A DNA stretch of 64,000 nt from Rebecca billardiae RCC1528. Lineage: Eukaryota > Protista > Haptophyta. The DNA lies in assembly GCA_965240325.2 (NCBI GenBank), contig OZ251231.1, positions 1,302,001 through 1,366,000 of the forward strand, written 5' to 3'. Made by a program: the position numbers and the translations under genes. This document shows positions 49,325 to 61,299 of the stretch, in pieces; the stretch's first letter is position 1, and each line of letters opens with the position of its first letter. The notes under the pieces are model-generated. The model saw only the letters and a list, made by a program, of their open reading frames with translations. It did no database searches and had not been told where the DNA came from.

Positions 49325-51256
49325 ATGACGCCCACCGCCGCCGACGGCCGGCCCACCGCCGCGGGCTGCGTGCTGTACCGCCGCGGTCAGGCGCTGGGTG
49401 GCCCTGCCCTCACATATCTGCTCGCCCGCACCCGGCACAACGAGTGGGCGCCGCCGAAAGTGCGGCTCCGCGTGGACGAGGCGGCGGATGTGGGCGCACG
49501 CCGATCGGCGCTGCGCGCGCTTGGCGTCGAGTGCGAGCTCGACCTTGCGGCGGGCGCGCACGAGCTGGTCTACGCCCTGCCCGTTTCCGTTTCAGAGCAC
49601 GCCGGCGCGCCGGCGCTCGCCCACGCGCTCTTCTTCTGCGCGCCCGTGCCCCTGGGCGTGCGCACGCCGGAGGGGGCTGTCTGGCTGCCTCTTGCCGCCG
49701 CCGAGCTGCGCGCCGGCCACCCGGAGCTGCGCGAGCTGCTGCGCCGCGTGGACCACGCGGTGCGCAAGACCGACGGTCCCGCGCCCGGGCCGACCGTCGC
49801 GCCCGACCCCGCGCCCGTCGACCTCTCCGCCGCGCTCTCGCACGACGCGCTCCACGCGATCCTCGCGCTCGCAGATGCGGAGACGCTCGGCGCCGCGTGG
49901 TCCGTGAGCCGCGCGTGGCACGAGGTGGCCGCCGCGCTCACGGCGCGCGCGCTGACGCAGCTCGACGGCCTCATCGCCGCGGCGGAGGCCTCCGCCGCGA
50001 GCCCCGCCTCGCACGCGCCGCCCTCGCTCTCTGTCGACGACACGTGCTGGCTCGCACAGCTGCCGCTGCCGCTGCTCACGGCCAAGCTGGGCCGGAGCCG
50101 CGCGGCGCTCGGCGCGCTCGCGGCGATCTGCTACGATGCGGCCATCTCGGCGCCGGAGCACCCGTCGCAGGCGCCGCGGCTCCCGCCGCGCGCGCGCGCG
50201 CACGGCGCGAGCCCCACCATCCTGCCGCGGCTGCCGTGGAGCGCGGCGCCCCGGCTCGCGCGCGCATGTGCGACCTTTGCGAGCGTCGACCAGTGCTGCG
50301 ACGTGCCACCGGCTGCCGCGCTGCCGGCGAGCCGCGGGCCGTTCTGCGACGTGCTGCTCGCGCGGCTGCGCGAGGCGAGCCGCGCGGAGGGCGGGTACAT
50401 CCGGCGCTGGGCCTCGCTCGACGACGGCAGAGCCGTGCCGGACGAGCCGGCCGCGGCCGCGAGGCTGCCAGCGTGTCGCCTGGCCGCGCAGCTGTTTGCC
50501 GCCGGGTTCGCGCCGTGGGCCGACCGGCGGCGCACGCTGCGCATCTACTCGAAGCTGGTCGGCCGGCTGCTGTACGACGTGGACCTGTACGTCGACAGAT
50601 GGCGCGAGATGAGCGCCGCGCGCCGCGCGAGCGCCGCCGACGCGGCCGTCGCGGCGAGCGCGGCCGTCGCGCAGCGCGTCGCGTCTGACAGCGTGCTTGC
50701 ACTGAGCGAGCTCGTGGCCAACTGCGGCATGCGGCTCGAGCTCGAGATTGGGAACACGTCGTGCCTGCCCACGCGGCAGGCCTTCCACGGCCTGCTGGAC
50801 TCGGTCGTCGTCACCGTCGCCGAGCTGCTCCCCGAGCTGCTCGAGCGGTGGGTCGCGCACGCGCCGGGCGCTCTCACGCCGCCAGCCGTCTCTGCGCTCC
50901 GCACGCTCGCAGCGTTTGCCGACGCGGGCTGGTCCCTGCCGCCGGGCCACCCCGGGATCCCTGAGCTCGGCGTGCCGTCGGAGCGCCTGCCGCGCCTGGT
51001 CTTCGCATCATCAGCCGGTGCGCTCTCGCGCGAGGACTCGGAGGACATCGCGGTGGTGGGTGCACTGCCGGGCGGCGGCGCCGGTGCCGCGGGTCCCCCC
51101 GCCGACCCTGGGCCTGAGCCGGCGCCAGTCGAAGTCGAGGCGCAGGGCGGGGACGACGCGCAGGGGCCCGACGAGGCCGGGCCAGGCGGGGGCGGTGTCG
51201 CTGCGGCTGATGGCGTCGGTGCCGAGGACGACGCGCCTGCTGCTGCTGATGTCTGA
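49325..51256 (+). CDS. Hypothetical protein with degenerate NUDIX-like N-terminus, F-box-like motif and helical (MIF4G-like?) region
   Basis: AAGCVLYR...YLLARTRHNEWAPPK resembles a NUDIX domain with a degenerate Nudix box. ALSHDALHAILALADAETLGAAWSVSRAWHEVA resembles an F-box. Confidence 0.55.
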   Translation: MTPTAADGRPTAAGCVLYRRGQALGGPALTYLLARTRHNEWAPPKVRLRVDEAADVGARRSALRALGVECELDLAAGAHELVYALPVSVSEHAGAPALAHALFFCAPVPLGVRTPEGAVWLPLAAAELRAGHPELRELLRRVDHAVRKTDGPAPGPTVAPDPAPVDLSAALSHDALHAILALADAETLGAAWSVSRAWHEVAAALTARALTQLDGLIAAAEASAASPASHAPPSLSVDDTCWLAQLPLPLLTAKLGRSRAALGALAAICYDAAISAPEHPSQAPRLPPRARAHGASPTILPRLPWSAAPRLARACATFASVDQCCDVPPAAALPASRGPFCDVLLARLREASRAEGGYIRRWASLDDGRAVPDEPAAAARLPACRLAAQLFAAGFAPWADRRRTLRIYSKLVGRLLYDVDLYVDRWREMSAARRASAADAAVAASAAVAQRVASDSVLALSELVANCGMRLELEIGNTSCLPTRQAFHGLLDSVVVTVAELLPELLERWVAHAPGALTPPAVSALRTLAAFADAGWSLPPGHPGIPELGVPSERLPRLVFASSAGALSREDSEDIAVVGALPGGGAGAAGPPADPGPEPAPVEVEAQGGDDAQGPDEAGPGGGGVAAADGVGAEDDAPAAADV

Positions 51257-51709
51257 CCCGCATTCAGCGTCGCGACGGGCGGCCGGCGCAGCCGCGTCAC
51301 GGTCCCACACTCCTCAATTTCGGATTTTCGCTGATGCCTGATGGTCATTTGTGAACCCGCGAGCGACAGCCGACACTTGGCACTGACTGAGTGACAGGCT
51401 CCGCGTCGGCTCCGAGCCCGGCGCGGACCGGCCGCGTCACCGGCTTGGCTGAACCGCGCCCTCGCCACCGTCTGACGCACTCTGCTGAGACTCTGCGGGC
51501 GCTACTACTGGTACAGTGTCACTCAAGAGCCGAGGGCAGCACAACTTAGTAGCGTAGCTGAGCCTTCGCCGCTTTCAGCCGCCCGCACCGCCACCGGCCA
51601 CCCCGCTACTGCATGTCGTCGTCCCCGCCGTCCGGTCGCCAATCGGCGAATCGCCATCGTTGATTGAGAACTTGAGGCTCTGGAGCGTTGTCGTCCCGGA
51701 CCCGACACG

Positions 51710-53083
51710 ATGGAGACGACGTTCGGCGGCCGCGTGCACACTTCTCCCCAGTGTGCTCATTGCGGTCAGATGGGCGCGCAGAAGCGGTGCTCGAGGTGCT
51801 CGTCGGTGTACTACTGCAACGTCGACTGTCACAAAGCGCATTGGAAGGAACACAAGCTTGTGTGCCGCGCGCCGACCGCGAGCAGCGAGGGGCAGCCAGC
51901 GTTCCAGGTGGTGGCGTTTGCGGGCCGAGCGGATCTCGGGGCCACCTTCATGCTCTCTGTTTGCCTGGTCGAGCGGGGCAAGCAGATCCCGACCTGCGCC
52001 TCGCTCTGCATCAGCATGCGCGAGCCCTTCGAGGGCGCGGGCATCCGCAACTCGATGGTGTTCTCGTCCGAGCTCGCGCAGGCGTTCGGCACGCGCTCGC
52101 TGGCGGACGCGCGCGTGATGCTCGAGGCGTTCTACATGCACGAGCTCGAGATGTACCGCGACGCGTGGGGCAGCCGGCGCATCCGCTCGTACTTCGCGCC
52201 CGTGCCCCTCGAGCTCGCGCGCGTGATGCTCGAGGCGGCCCTGGAGGCGACGCCTGGCAAGAAGCCGCCGGCCGAGTGCCGGCAGGCGTTGCAGCTGATG
52301 CGCGCCGTCCTCCCCGCCGCCGCGCTCGGCGGCGGCGCGGACGCTCCGCGCTTCGACGCGCCGCTCCGCGCGCTCGCGGCCCGCGCGGACGGGCCGTACG
52401 CGCGCGTGCGCGCCGAGCTCGGCGCCATGGACCCCGTCACCTTTGCCGGCACGTGCCACGAGTTCTTCTCCGCGCGCGCCGAATACTGCCACGGCTCAAA
52501 CCTGCTGGACGAGGTGCTCACGGTGTGGGATGCGCCGCCCGCGAGCCTCGGGCCGTGCCCGCCGCGCGGGCGGCCCGACGAGCGCAAGCGCTGGCTCCTC
52601 GACATTCTGTCGAGCAGGCCGGGCGCGCGGGAGCGCTTTGCCCGGTCCCTCTATCACAACGCCGCCTGGCATGCGCGCCGTGACGAGCCGGCCGCGGCGG
52701 CCATCACCCACGCCGCCGCGGAGCAGGCCGAGGCGCTGGCGGGGAAGGCGCGCTGGGCGCACGAGTGCGCCTACGCCATCGTGTGCGCGGTACGCACCGA
52801 CTTTCCCGACGAGGGGAACCTGCACATCAGCCGTGACAGCACGCGCACGAGCAACCGCACGGGGCTCGCGGCGACGACCATCGACCCAGCGGCCAACTCC
52901 CGCGAGCTGCAGAACGCGCCTGAGACCATCTCGATGCGCGAGCGCGCCAACTTTGGCCACGGGAAGCTGATCGCCGAGCTCGTCGACCAGCGCGTCTCGG
53001 CGCAGGACGCGCCCGTGCTCGCCAAGATCCCCGCAAAGAGGGAGGCGATCCTCGAGGAATTTGACTTCCCCGGCCAACGCTGA
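51710..53083 (+). CDS. MYND zinc-finger protein
   Basis: CAHCGQMGAQKRCSRCSSVYYCNVDCHKAHWKEHKLVC. Confidence 0.88.
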   Translation: METTFGGRVHTSPQCAHCGQMGAQKRCSRCSSVYYCNVDCHKAHWKEHKLVCRAPTASSEGQPAFQVVAFAGRADLGATFMLSVCLVERGKQIPTCASLCISMREPFEGAGIRNSMVFSSELAQAFGTRSLADARVMLEAFYMHELEMYRDAWGSRRIRSYFAPVPLELARVMLEAALEATPGKKPPAECRQALQLMRAVLPAAALGGGADAPRFDAPLRALAARADGPYARVRAELGAMDPVTFAGTCHEFFSARAEYCHGSNLLDEVLTVWDAPPASLGPCPPRGRPDERKRWLLDILSSRPGARERFARSLYHNAAWHARRDEPAAAAITHAAAEQAEALAGKARWAHECAYAIVCAVRTDFPDEGNLHISRDSTRTSNRTGLAATTIDPAANSRELQNAPETISMRERANFGHGKLIAELVDQRVSAQDAPVLAKIPAKREAILEEFDFPGQR

Positions 53084-53463
53084 ACACTGACTAGCTTACT
53101 GTCTCATAGTGCTAGCTGATATAGACTACCGTCGTTGAATAATACTTCGTCTTAGAGTCTGATGACTACCGTACTGTAGTGACTGTCCGGCGGCCTTGAT
53201 GACACTAGTACTGTCCGAATAACAGTCCGATTGACGAGTTTATATATATTATATTGTATCATATATATTATTGTCACGCGCAGGCGGCTTTATTGACAGT
53301 GCGGCGGTCAGTGCCGGGAGGCGGGATCGAATGAGCCTGTCTCAGGGCATTTCAACGACGACGACTAGCAGATGATACACCGCTGAATCCGCTTCAAGCT
53401 AGTTAAAGAACGGGCGGGCGCGGCGTCGCCACGGTCGCAGTGAGGACACCCGGGACAGGCCGG

Positions 53464-55242
53464 TCAGGGGGCGCTCGCCTCCGTGGTGCCGCTCTGCTCG
53501 CGCAGCATCTCCAGCACAAGCTCGGGCAGCGGCCCAAGCCTGCGCAGCAGCACGCGCCGCCTCTCGTCCTCGCCGAGCGCGCGCGTGCAGCCCGGGATCC
53601 GCTCCGCGCAACACGACGCGACCGTGGCCGTGCACGCGCGGTCGCAGTGGCAAACGCTCCCGTCCTCAAAGGTGACGTAAGCGAGGTGTCCGCGCGCGCC
53701 GCTCGCGCGCTCGACGCTCGCGCCCGGCTGGTACATCGTCGCGACGATGTCCTCGTTGCCGTAGTGCACGGGGTGGTCCGTGCGCCGGCGCGCCGCCTCC
53801 GGATCGCGCTCGCGCTCCTCGCGCAGCGGCGGCGGCGCGAGCTGCGTCAGCCCGGCGTCCTCGGCGACAAAGGACTGGGCGATGAGCGGCTGCTCGGGGA
53901 GGTGCGCGCCGCGCATCTTGCGCTCGATCGCGTCCTGCCACTGGTCGATCAGCGCCGAGTCGACCATCGGGTCCACCTTGCGCGCGAAGATCGCCTCAGA
54001 CGCGCGCAGCGTGCTGAGCATGTCCGCGCGCAGCACGCGCGGGCCTGAGGCATATGGGTGCCCCATGCTCTGCCAGTACTCGAGTGCGCTGGCGCCCTGC
54101 GGCCAGTCGATGTACCGCAGGTTGTGCGAGATGATCGAGTCGCGGTACGGCGAGTTCATCGCCGCGGTCTGCACGAACACCTCGTCCGCCATGTAGCTGC
54201 TCTCCAGCGCATCGATCAGGTCGCCCGCACCGGCGCCGGCTGCGCCCGCGCCTGACTCGGCCGCCGCCGCCTCGGCGCCGTCCGCCGAGCCACTCGCGTC
54301 CGCGGCCGCTGCCGCCTCGGCGGCGCCGGACGGGCCGCGCGCGAGGAGGGGGCGGCGCACGAGGTACTCGTATAGCGGGCGCGCGAGCACGACCCACTGC
54401 GAGCCGTGGAACACCTCCACGCCCGGCGCCACCGCCGGCGCGTGCAGCGGCGCGCGCGTGTACATGATTGGGCCCGAGCGCGCGAGGCAGCACTGACGGC
54501 TGTCGCCAAACAGCGACGCGGCCGTGTGGTTGAGCACGGCGAAGCCGAGGCCGGCGCACTCGACGAAGGGGTGGCGGCGCATGTGCGCGTGCACCTTGTA
54601 CCGCATCTCGTCGCGGCCCGGGTCCTTCACCGCGACGAAGCTCCGGTTACGGAAGCGGAGCAGGAAGGCGGAGAGCTCGGCGTGCGTGCGCAGCGTGATA
54701 TCCGAGTCGGAGAGGTTGATGAAGAAGTCGAAGGCGCCGCCGGAGTGCACGGCGGTGGCGATGGCGTCGAGGAGCACCGACACCATGCTGAACGCGCCCC
54801 AGCCCACGCTCCGCCGACGGCGCAGCACGTGGATGTTGCCGAACGCCTCGAAGGTCTCGCGCAGCGGCCGCACCACCTCCTCGCCGAGCTTGGCGTCGAT
54901 GTGGATGAGGTAGAGGTTGTGCTTCGAGTACAGCGAGCGGACGAGGCGGCTGACCGTGAAGTGCGCGAAGTTGCGCCCCGCCATCAGCAGGTAGCAGATC
55001 GAGATGCCGTTCTCGTCCTTGGACGCCGGGTCGTGCGCGACGTCCTCGTCGACGCGCAGCTCGTGCGGCGCCGGGCCGCGCGCGAGGCGCTCGCCGATGG
55101 CCTCGTCGCACGCGCGGGTCACATTGTCCTCGGCGATCGGCTTGTCGTTGTGGTCCACGTACACGCCGCGGAAGCTCGCGCCCGACGGCGCCGCCGCGAC
55201 GAGGGCGAGGGCGACTCCGCACGTCCACGAGCTGGCCAGCAT
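53464..55242 (-). CDS. GT14 (core-2/I-branching, xylosyltransferase-like) glycosyltransferase
   Basis: Signal peptide; motifs LYSKHNLYLIHID, VGWGAFSMV, FDFFINLSDSD, HGSQWVVL, DEVFVQT, NLRYIDW and FARKVD. Confidence 0.88.
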   Translation of the reverse strand: MLASSWTCGVALALVAAAPSGASFRGVYVDHNDKPIAEDNVTRACDEAIGERLARGPAPHELRVDEDVAHDPASKDENGISICYLLMAGRNFAHFTVSRLVRSLYSKHNLYLIHIDAKLGEEVVRPLRETFEAFGNIHVLRRRRSVGWGAFSMVSVLLDAIATAVHSGGAFDFFINLSDSDITLRTHAELSAFLLRFRNRSFVAVKDPGRDEMRYKVHAHMRRHPFVECAGLGFAVLNHTAASLFGDSRQCCLARSGPIMYTRAPLHAPAVAPGVEVFHGSQWVVLARPLYEYLVRRPLLARGPSGAAEAAAAADASGSADGAEAAAAESGAGAAGAGAGDLIDALESSYMADEVFVQTAAMNSPYRDSIISHNLRYIDWPQGASALEYWQSMGHPYASGPRVLRADMLSTLRASEAIFARKVDPMVDSALIDQWQDAIERKMRGAHLPEQPLIAQSFVAEDAGLTQLAPPPLREERERDPEAARRRTDHPVHYGNEDIVATMYQPGASVERASGARGHLAYVTFEDGSVCHCDRACTATVASCCAERIPGCTRALGEDERRRVLLRRLGPLPELVLEMLREQSGTTEASAP

Positions 55243-55503
55243 GGCGCCTCGCCCGGACCGGCGCCTGGCACGGTGGCACCGGATCGCTTTCGCTTTGCAG
55301 GCTTTGCAGCCTGCACGCCGAGCGAGCAAGGGGTCTTACAAATAACCCATCACTTTTAAAGTCTCCTTGCGCCGAGCGCTCGTGGTTGCTCAGCCTCTCA
55401 GCGACTGGAGACTGTCTCCCCGTTGGACTATTCCTTTGGTTGGACTGTCCGTTGGCCGACATCTTCAATCTTGAACGGCGAGCGGGGGGAGGGCCGCGGC
55501 GTC

Positions 55504-57147
55504 ATGCTGGGGGTGAGCCTCTCGCAGGACGGCATCGTCACGCCGACGAGCGCTCCGGCGAACGTGACCACGACGGGGCCGATCATTCTGACCATCCCCA
55601 CCTCAGGCAGCCGCGCTGGTGGGGCGCGCGCGAGCGCCAGGCGTGCGCGCGCGCCCGGCGGCGTGATGCTCGGTCATCCCGTCTTGCAGCCGGCGGCCAA
55701 CCCACGGAAGGTGAACGAGATGACGTACTCGGGCGCGGGCGACCCGTACCGGGTCTTTCGCGACTCGAGCAACACGCTTGCGAACACTGTCGGCCGCCGC
55801 GTCGTGGCCCACCCGGCAGTTCCTAAGAGCGCGCTGCGCGGCGGCCCGCCGCCCGCCAGTCTGGCGCGGGGGCAGCCCTACGCCGGCTACGTCGCGGGCG
55901 TGAACGAGGACTGGCATGGGCACGCGACCCACTCGCATGGTGCGTTCACGCCGCCCCGCCGTTCGCCTCCGGCCCAATGCGCGCCGCCCCTCGCGCCCCG
56001 CTCGGCACGTGTCTCGCTCGCGCGCGCGCCTGCACTGCACTGCCCTCGCGCGCTGACCACCGTCGCGCGGGCGCGCGGTGGCCGCAGGCATGATCGACAT
56101 GGACGAGGCGCTGCTGCCGGCGCGCAAGCCGAGGCTTCCGTCGGGCGCGCGAGGCTCGACGCGGAAGCGCACGTCGGAGACGGCCACGCAGACCGTGACC
56201 ACGGTGGGCACGCAGACGGAGGCGGCGCGCGCCGCGGCAAGCCGCGCTGCGGAGCTGATCGGCGGCGGCGGTGCCCTTGGCGAGCGCGGCACGCTCGGAG
56301 GGCCGCCGCTGTGGCGCGTGCACGCCGTGGGTGACGAGGACGGCGGCGCTGCCGCGCCCGCTCACGCGCACCCGGCCGCCTCGCCGCTCCGCGTCCCCGG
56401 CGTCGCTGTCGGCACCTCGCCTGGGCGCGCGCCCGCGCTCGGCTCGCCCGGGCGGCGCAGCTCGGTCGGGTCCTCAGCCTCGTCCGCGGAGCAGCTCGAG
56501 CAGCTGGACTCGCTGCTGCGCGAGCACCAGCAGCTGCTCAAGGCGCGCGTGGACGGCGTGCGCGTGGATCATCAGCGCAAGCAGCGCGACTGGTTTGCCA
56601 GCGCAGGCCAGGAGCCGCCCTCGCCGCCGCGCGCTGCGGGGCGCGGCGGCGCGGGCGCAGGCCAGCCGCCGCGCTCCGGTGCGCAGCAGGCGGCGGCGGC
56701 GACGCGGGGCTCATGCGCGCCGCCCGAGGGGCCGAGCAGTCGGCCCACCTCAGCACCGCCCACGCCCGCGCGTGGCGCCGCGCTAGGCATGCACGGCTCC
56801 GCCTTGAGCGCCGGCCTCTCGCCGCGCGCGCGCAAGGAGGACAAGGGCTGCAACTCGGAGCCTGACATTGCGCCGTCCATGTGCGCGCGCGCGCCGCCAC
56901 GCCCGGCGCGGCTGCCCTTTTCTGCCCCCCCCCCCCCCCTCCTTCCCCTGGTTCTACCGCGCGCGGCGCTCCGTCTCGCCACGCCGAGCCACACGCAAGC
57001 AAACCTTCGCGCGCGCGCACTCGCCGTGGCCCGCCCCGCGCCAGGCGCTCCTCGCTCGAGTCGCTCGCCGAGCTCGAGACGCTGCTCGAGGAGCAGCACC
57101 GCCAGCTGATAGCCAAGGGCTACATCGAGCCCTCTCGCGAGTGGTAG
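55504..57147 (+). CDS. Hypothetical low-complexity / coiled-coil protein (probably 3 exons)
   Basis: GT-AG introns at about 55940-56087 and 56882-57044. Repeated LEQLDSLLREHQQLL / LAELETLLEEQHRQL helices. Confidence 0.5.
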
Positions 57148-57582
57148 CGCGCGGCCGCTGCTACTGGGCCTCCCGCGCGACAGAGTCAGCAGGTGCACAT
57201 TCCGTCCAATTCCGATAGACCGATATTCAGGCCACGCCTGTGCGCTGCATGCATGGGCCTGTGGCCTCGGCATCGGGCTCAAATAAATGCGGCGCCAGAT
57301 CGCCCAGTAGGTATTGATGGCGTTGCGCACGAGGTCCGCGAGGCTGCCTCCGAGGCCTAAGACGAGCAGCCGCGGGCTTCGAGTTCGACGCCGCTTCGAC
57401 TTCGTCCAGAATTAGCGGCGGCAGTTCCGCCGAGTTCCGGCGGAGTTTCGCAGGGGCCCCGCGACTCTCCCGGCCGCCCGAACCGGCGGCGGGCCCCTAC
57501 CCCGGGGCAGGCCCGGCTCTTGGAAAAGTATGGTCAAAAGGCGTATAACGTGAACGTCCGTAATATATGACCGTATTTCATA

Positions 57583-57605
57583 TGTGTGCATGTGTGTTTG
57601 TGTGT

Positions 57606-57671
<66 letters not shown>

Positions 57672-57679
57672 CAGCAGGC

Positions 57680-57718
<39 letters not shown>
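57583..57718. repeat. Interrupted (TG)n microsatellite
   Basis: Directly visible. It is interrupted by TATCAGCAGGCG, which recurs just after the tract. Confidence 0.95.
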
Positions 57719-57720
<2 letters not shown>

Positions 57721-57980
57721 CACTATCAGCAGGCGCCCCTGACTGAGTAAAGGATACCTGCGCAGGTTCCTGAATAATATATATATATATACCATTCAGA
57801 CGGGCATTGCCGGGTTGCACCCGGCAATGCTGCATTCACCCCGGTCCTACCGGAATGCAGGGCTCGCCCCGCTGGCCGCTCCAAGTAGTGCCGCGCCCGC
57901 ACTGCGGCCACTTCATCGTCATCAAATATATTGCATGTATTCAGCATCGTCAATAATGATGATATATTATTCATGCAGGA

Positions 57981-58095
<115 letters not shown>

Positions 58096-58370
58096 TCCCC
58101 TTTATTACGGGTTCCGGGTGATCAGACAGTGACTCACTCACAGCGGTGGCCGGCGGCCGAAGCCTCCCTGAGCCCTACCCTGGCCAGCCCCCAATTCCAC
58201 TGAGGCTGCTGCAGATATCGCTCGGGCAGGAGCCTAAGTGGCAGGTGCCGGTCACCATCACATCGTCGGTCCGCCAGCGGTCGGTCACTCTCAGGCCAGG
58301 GTCCGGCAGTTCAAATACGGCGCGAGCAAACTCAGTAGGGCGCCAGCCCAGGAGCACTGGTCGGTGCCCG

Positions 58371-59415
58371 CATGATGGTATGGTACTGCTGCACGCATGG
58401 TATGGTTATGGTACTGCTGCGCGCATGGTATGGTAATGCAGCATGGCCGTGTATGGTATGAGTACTGCTGCGCGCATGGTATGGTACTGCATGGTACTGT
58501 ATACATATATATGGTATGGTACTGCTGCTGTGCGCATGGTAGTATGGTACTGACATGGTATGGTACTGCATGATGGCGTACGTACTGTAGCTATGGTATG
58601 CGGTACTGCTGCGCGCATGGTACATATATGGTACTGCTGCGCGCATCAGCATGGTATATGGTACTGCATGGTAATGTAGTATGGTAGGTTATATGGTACT
58701 GCTGTGCGCATGGTATGGTACTGCATCATGGTACGGTGGTACTGCTGTGCGCATGGTATGGTAATGCCGCATCAGGCTGTATGGTAGTGAGTAACTACTG
58801 CTGCGCGCATGGTATGGTACTGCATGGTACTGTATACAATACATATGGTATGGCACTGCTGCTGTGCGCATGGTATGGTACTGCATGATATGGTATTGCA
58901 TGATGGTACTGTATGGTATGGTTCTGCTGTGCGCATGGTACGTACGGTGACCTAATGGTGCTGTGCACGCACAAGTGGTATGGTCACTGCACGGTACTGT
59001 ATGGTATGTACATGGTAATGCTGTGCGCATGGTACCGGTATGGTGCTGCTGCGCGCATGGTATGGTACTGCATGGTACTGTATGGTATGGTACTGCTGTG
59101 CGCATGGCAGTAGTATGGTACTGCATCATGGCATGGTACTGCTGTGCGCATGGTATGGTACCGTGGCATCATGGTATGGTACTGCTGTGCGCATGGTACT
59201 TGGTACTGCATGGTATGGTACTGCATGATGGTACTATGTTGGATGGCGTTAATCACACCTTATTAACCAAGTGTGCACGTTAAATCATAGTAAACTGTAT
59301 CATGGTATGCAGGTACTGCGTCTGCTGCGCGCATGGTATGGTACTGCTGTGCGCATGGTATGGTGCTGCATGGTATGGTATGGTACTGCATCGTATGGTA
59401 CTGCGCGCATGCACA
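58371..59415. repeat. Degenerate minisatellite of ATGGT / ACTGC / TGTGCGC modules (core CATGGTATGGTACTGCTGTGCG)
   Basis: Dozens of imperfect copies are visible. Confidence 0.93.
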
Positions 59416-60149
59416 TCGATCATGCGATGTACCGAGCTGACAGCATGATGCGCATCATGCGACGATTGTCGTGTACCGAGCTGACCGAGCATGATCAGAT
59501 GATGTGAGCTCATGGCAGTCAGCACCACCACCATCTGCTACTACTGTCCTACCACTACAACGCCAGTCTACCGCCATCAAGCTGTTCCGACCACCACCAC
59601 CTACTACTTCCACCGCCGCCACCACCGCCACCACCATCACCACCACAACGCCTGAAGGAGGAAGCAGCCCGACACTAGGCTTGAAGGCCCGCCCGCACGC
59701 GTGCGGTGCGCGCGGCTGCGGTTGGCGCTTGGATCAGTCGGGCGGCAGGGGCGAGATTGACGTACGATGCAGCAGCTTCTGAAGCTGCTGCTTCCTCCTT
59801 CCGTCGAGCTGCTGTCTGAAGGAGGAAGCAGCACTGCGCGAAGCAGCCTCAGGCAGCAAACACTAATAAGCGTTTCACAGAAACGCGCGCGGGGCGAGGA
59901 GCGGCGGTCGCGGCGCGGGGGTCGGAAGGACAGCCGGGGCGGAATTCACGTATGAGGGGCACTCGTCACTATGCCGCATGCGCATCGGCACTAACCACGC
60001 GCCGCCTCCACTGGGGTGTCCGCGGTCGCAGGAGCGTGCGCCTCGCGGCAGGCGCCGCGTCAACGCGGCGGCACAGGTCCGGAACGTGCCGGTTCCGGTC
60101 CGTTGAGCAGGTAGAGAGCAGTGCACGCTATGCGAGTAATGAGTTGCTC

Positions 60150-60865
60150 ATCCGTGCACCACTCGGCAAATAATACAGGTGAAAGGAGGGTTGCACTACC
60201 GCCCTTGGTTGCACCAAAGTTGCACCACCACTGCTGCACCACTCCGAACCGAATACATCAGACGATGAAAGGATGGGTGCACTTGTTGGGTGCACGACCA
60301 CTGCTGCACCACTCCGGATGATACAGATGAAAGGAGGGGTGCACCAGCACCGCACTCCGTGCACCACTCCAAATACAGATGAAAGGAGGGTTGATGCATC
60401 ACCACTGCTGCCCAAAGCAATCCTTTGGCTGCACCACACCGAATAATACAGGGAGGGGTGCACTTGTCGGGTGCACCACGACTGCTGCACCACTCCGGAT
60501 GATACAGATGAAAGGAGGGGTGCACCAGCACCGCACTCCGTGCACCACTCCAAATAATACAGATGAAAGGAGGGTTGATGCACCACCACTGCTGCACCAC
60601 TCCGAATAATACATCAGACGATGAAGGAGGGGTGCACTTGTTGGGTGCACCACCACTGCTGCACCACTCCGGATGATACCATGATACAGATGAAAGGAGG
60701 GGTGCATGCACCACACTCCGTGCACCACTCCAAATAATACAGATGATGAAAGGAGGGTTGATGCACCACCACTGCGTCTGCTGCACCACTCCGAATACAG
60801 ATGAAAGGGTGCACCACCACCGTGCTGCAACACTCCGAATACAGATGAAAGGAGGGGTGCACGAC
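60150..60865. repeat. ~60-bp minisatellite (TGCACCAC...AATACAGATGAAAGGAGGG) with ~175-180-bp higher-order period
   Basis: GTGCACTTGT recurs at about 60277, 60459 and 60632, and each period has three subunits. Confidence 0.92.
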
Positions 60866-61299
60866 TTACTTACTGATGTACCGGTCCGTGTTCATTACTT
60901 ACAACAAAACTTGCGATGCGGTACCACCCGGTCGGTACCCTCACTTTGCACGGAAAACCGTTGGCACCAATTGGGATCTGACTAAACTGTATTCCGTGGG
61001 ATACTTATTGGAAGGCCATCAATCTTGTAGGAATCACCGGACTACGCGTGTCCTACCGGAAAACTCGCTCCGCTCGCATTGGTTGTTCTTACCGAACACC
61101 AATGCGAGCGGGGCTCGCGATGACCGCGTTCCGCGGTCTTTTTCCGTAGAACAAACGTAGTTCGGGGCCCGCGGTGCACCCTCCGTCGGCTGCTGTCTCA
61201 GTCTGACATGTGTAAGTGTAACAGTTCGCCTGAGCTGCCACCGCCAACTCAGTCACTGCCGCCCACCGGGCCGGCGGGCCGATGAGGACTGTCGCCGCG

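Noticed and set aside
60150-60865. CRISPR-like array with a recurring AATACAGATGAAAGGAGGG
   Set aside because: The intervening sequences resemble each other and recur periodically, there are no cas genes, and the context is eukaryotic. It is a minisatellite.
58291-60985. Short Tyr/His/Met-rich or Trp/Cys-rich ORFs
   Set aside because: Translations of satellite DNA with frequent frame-breaking indels.
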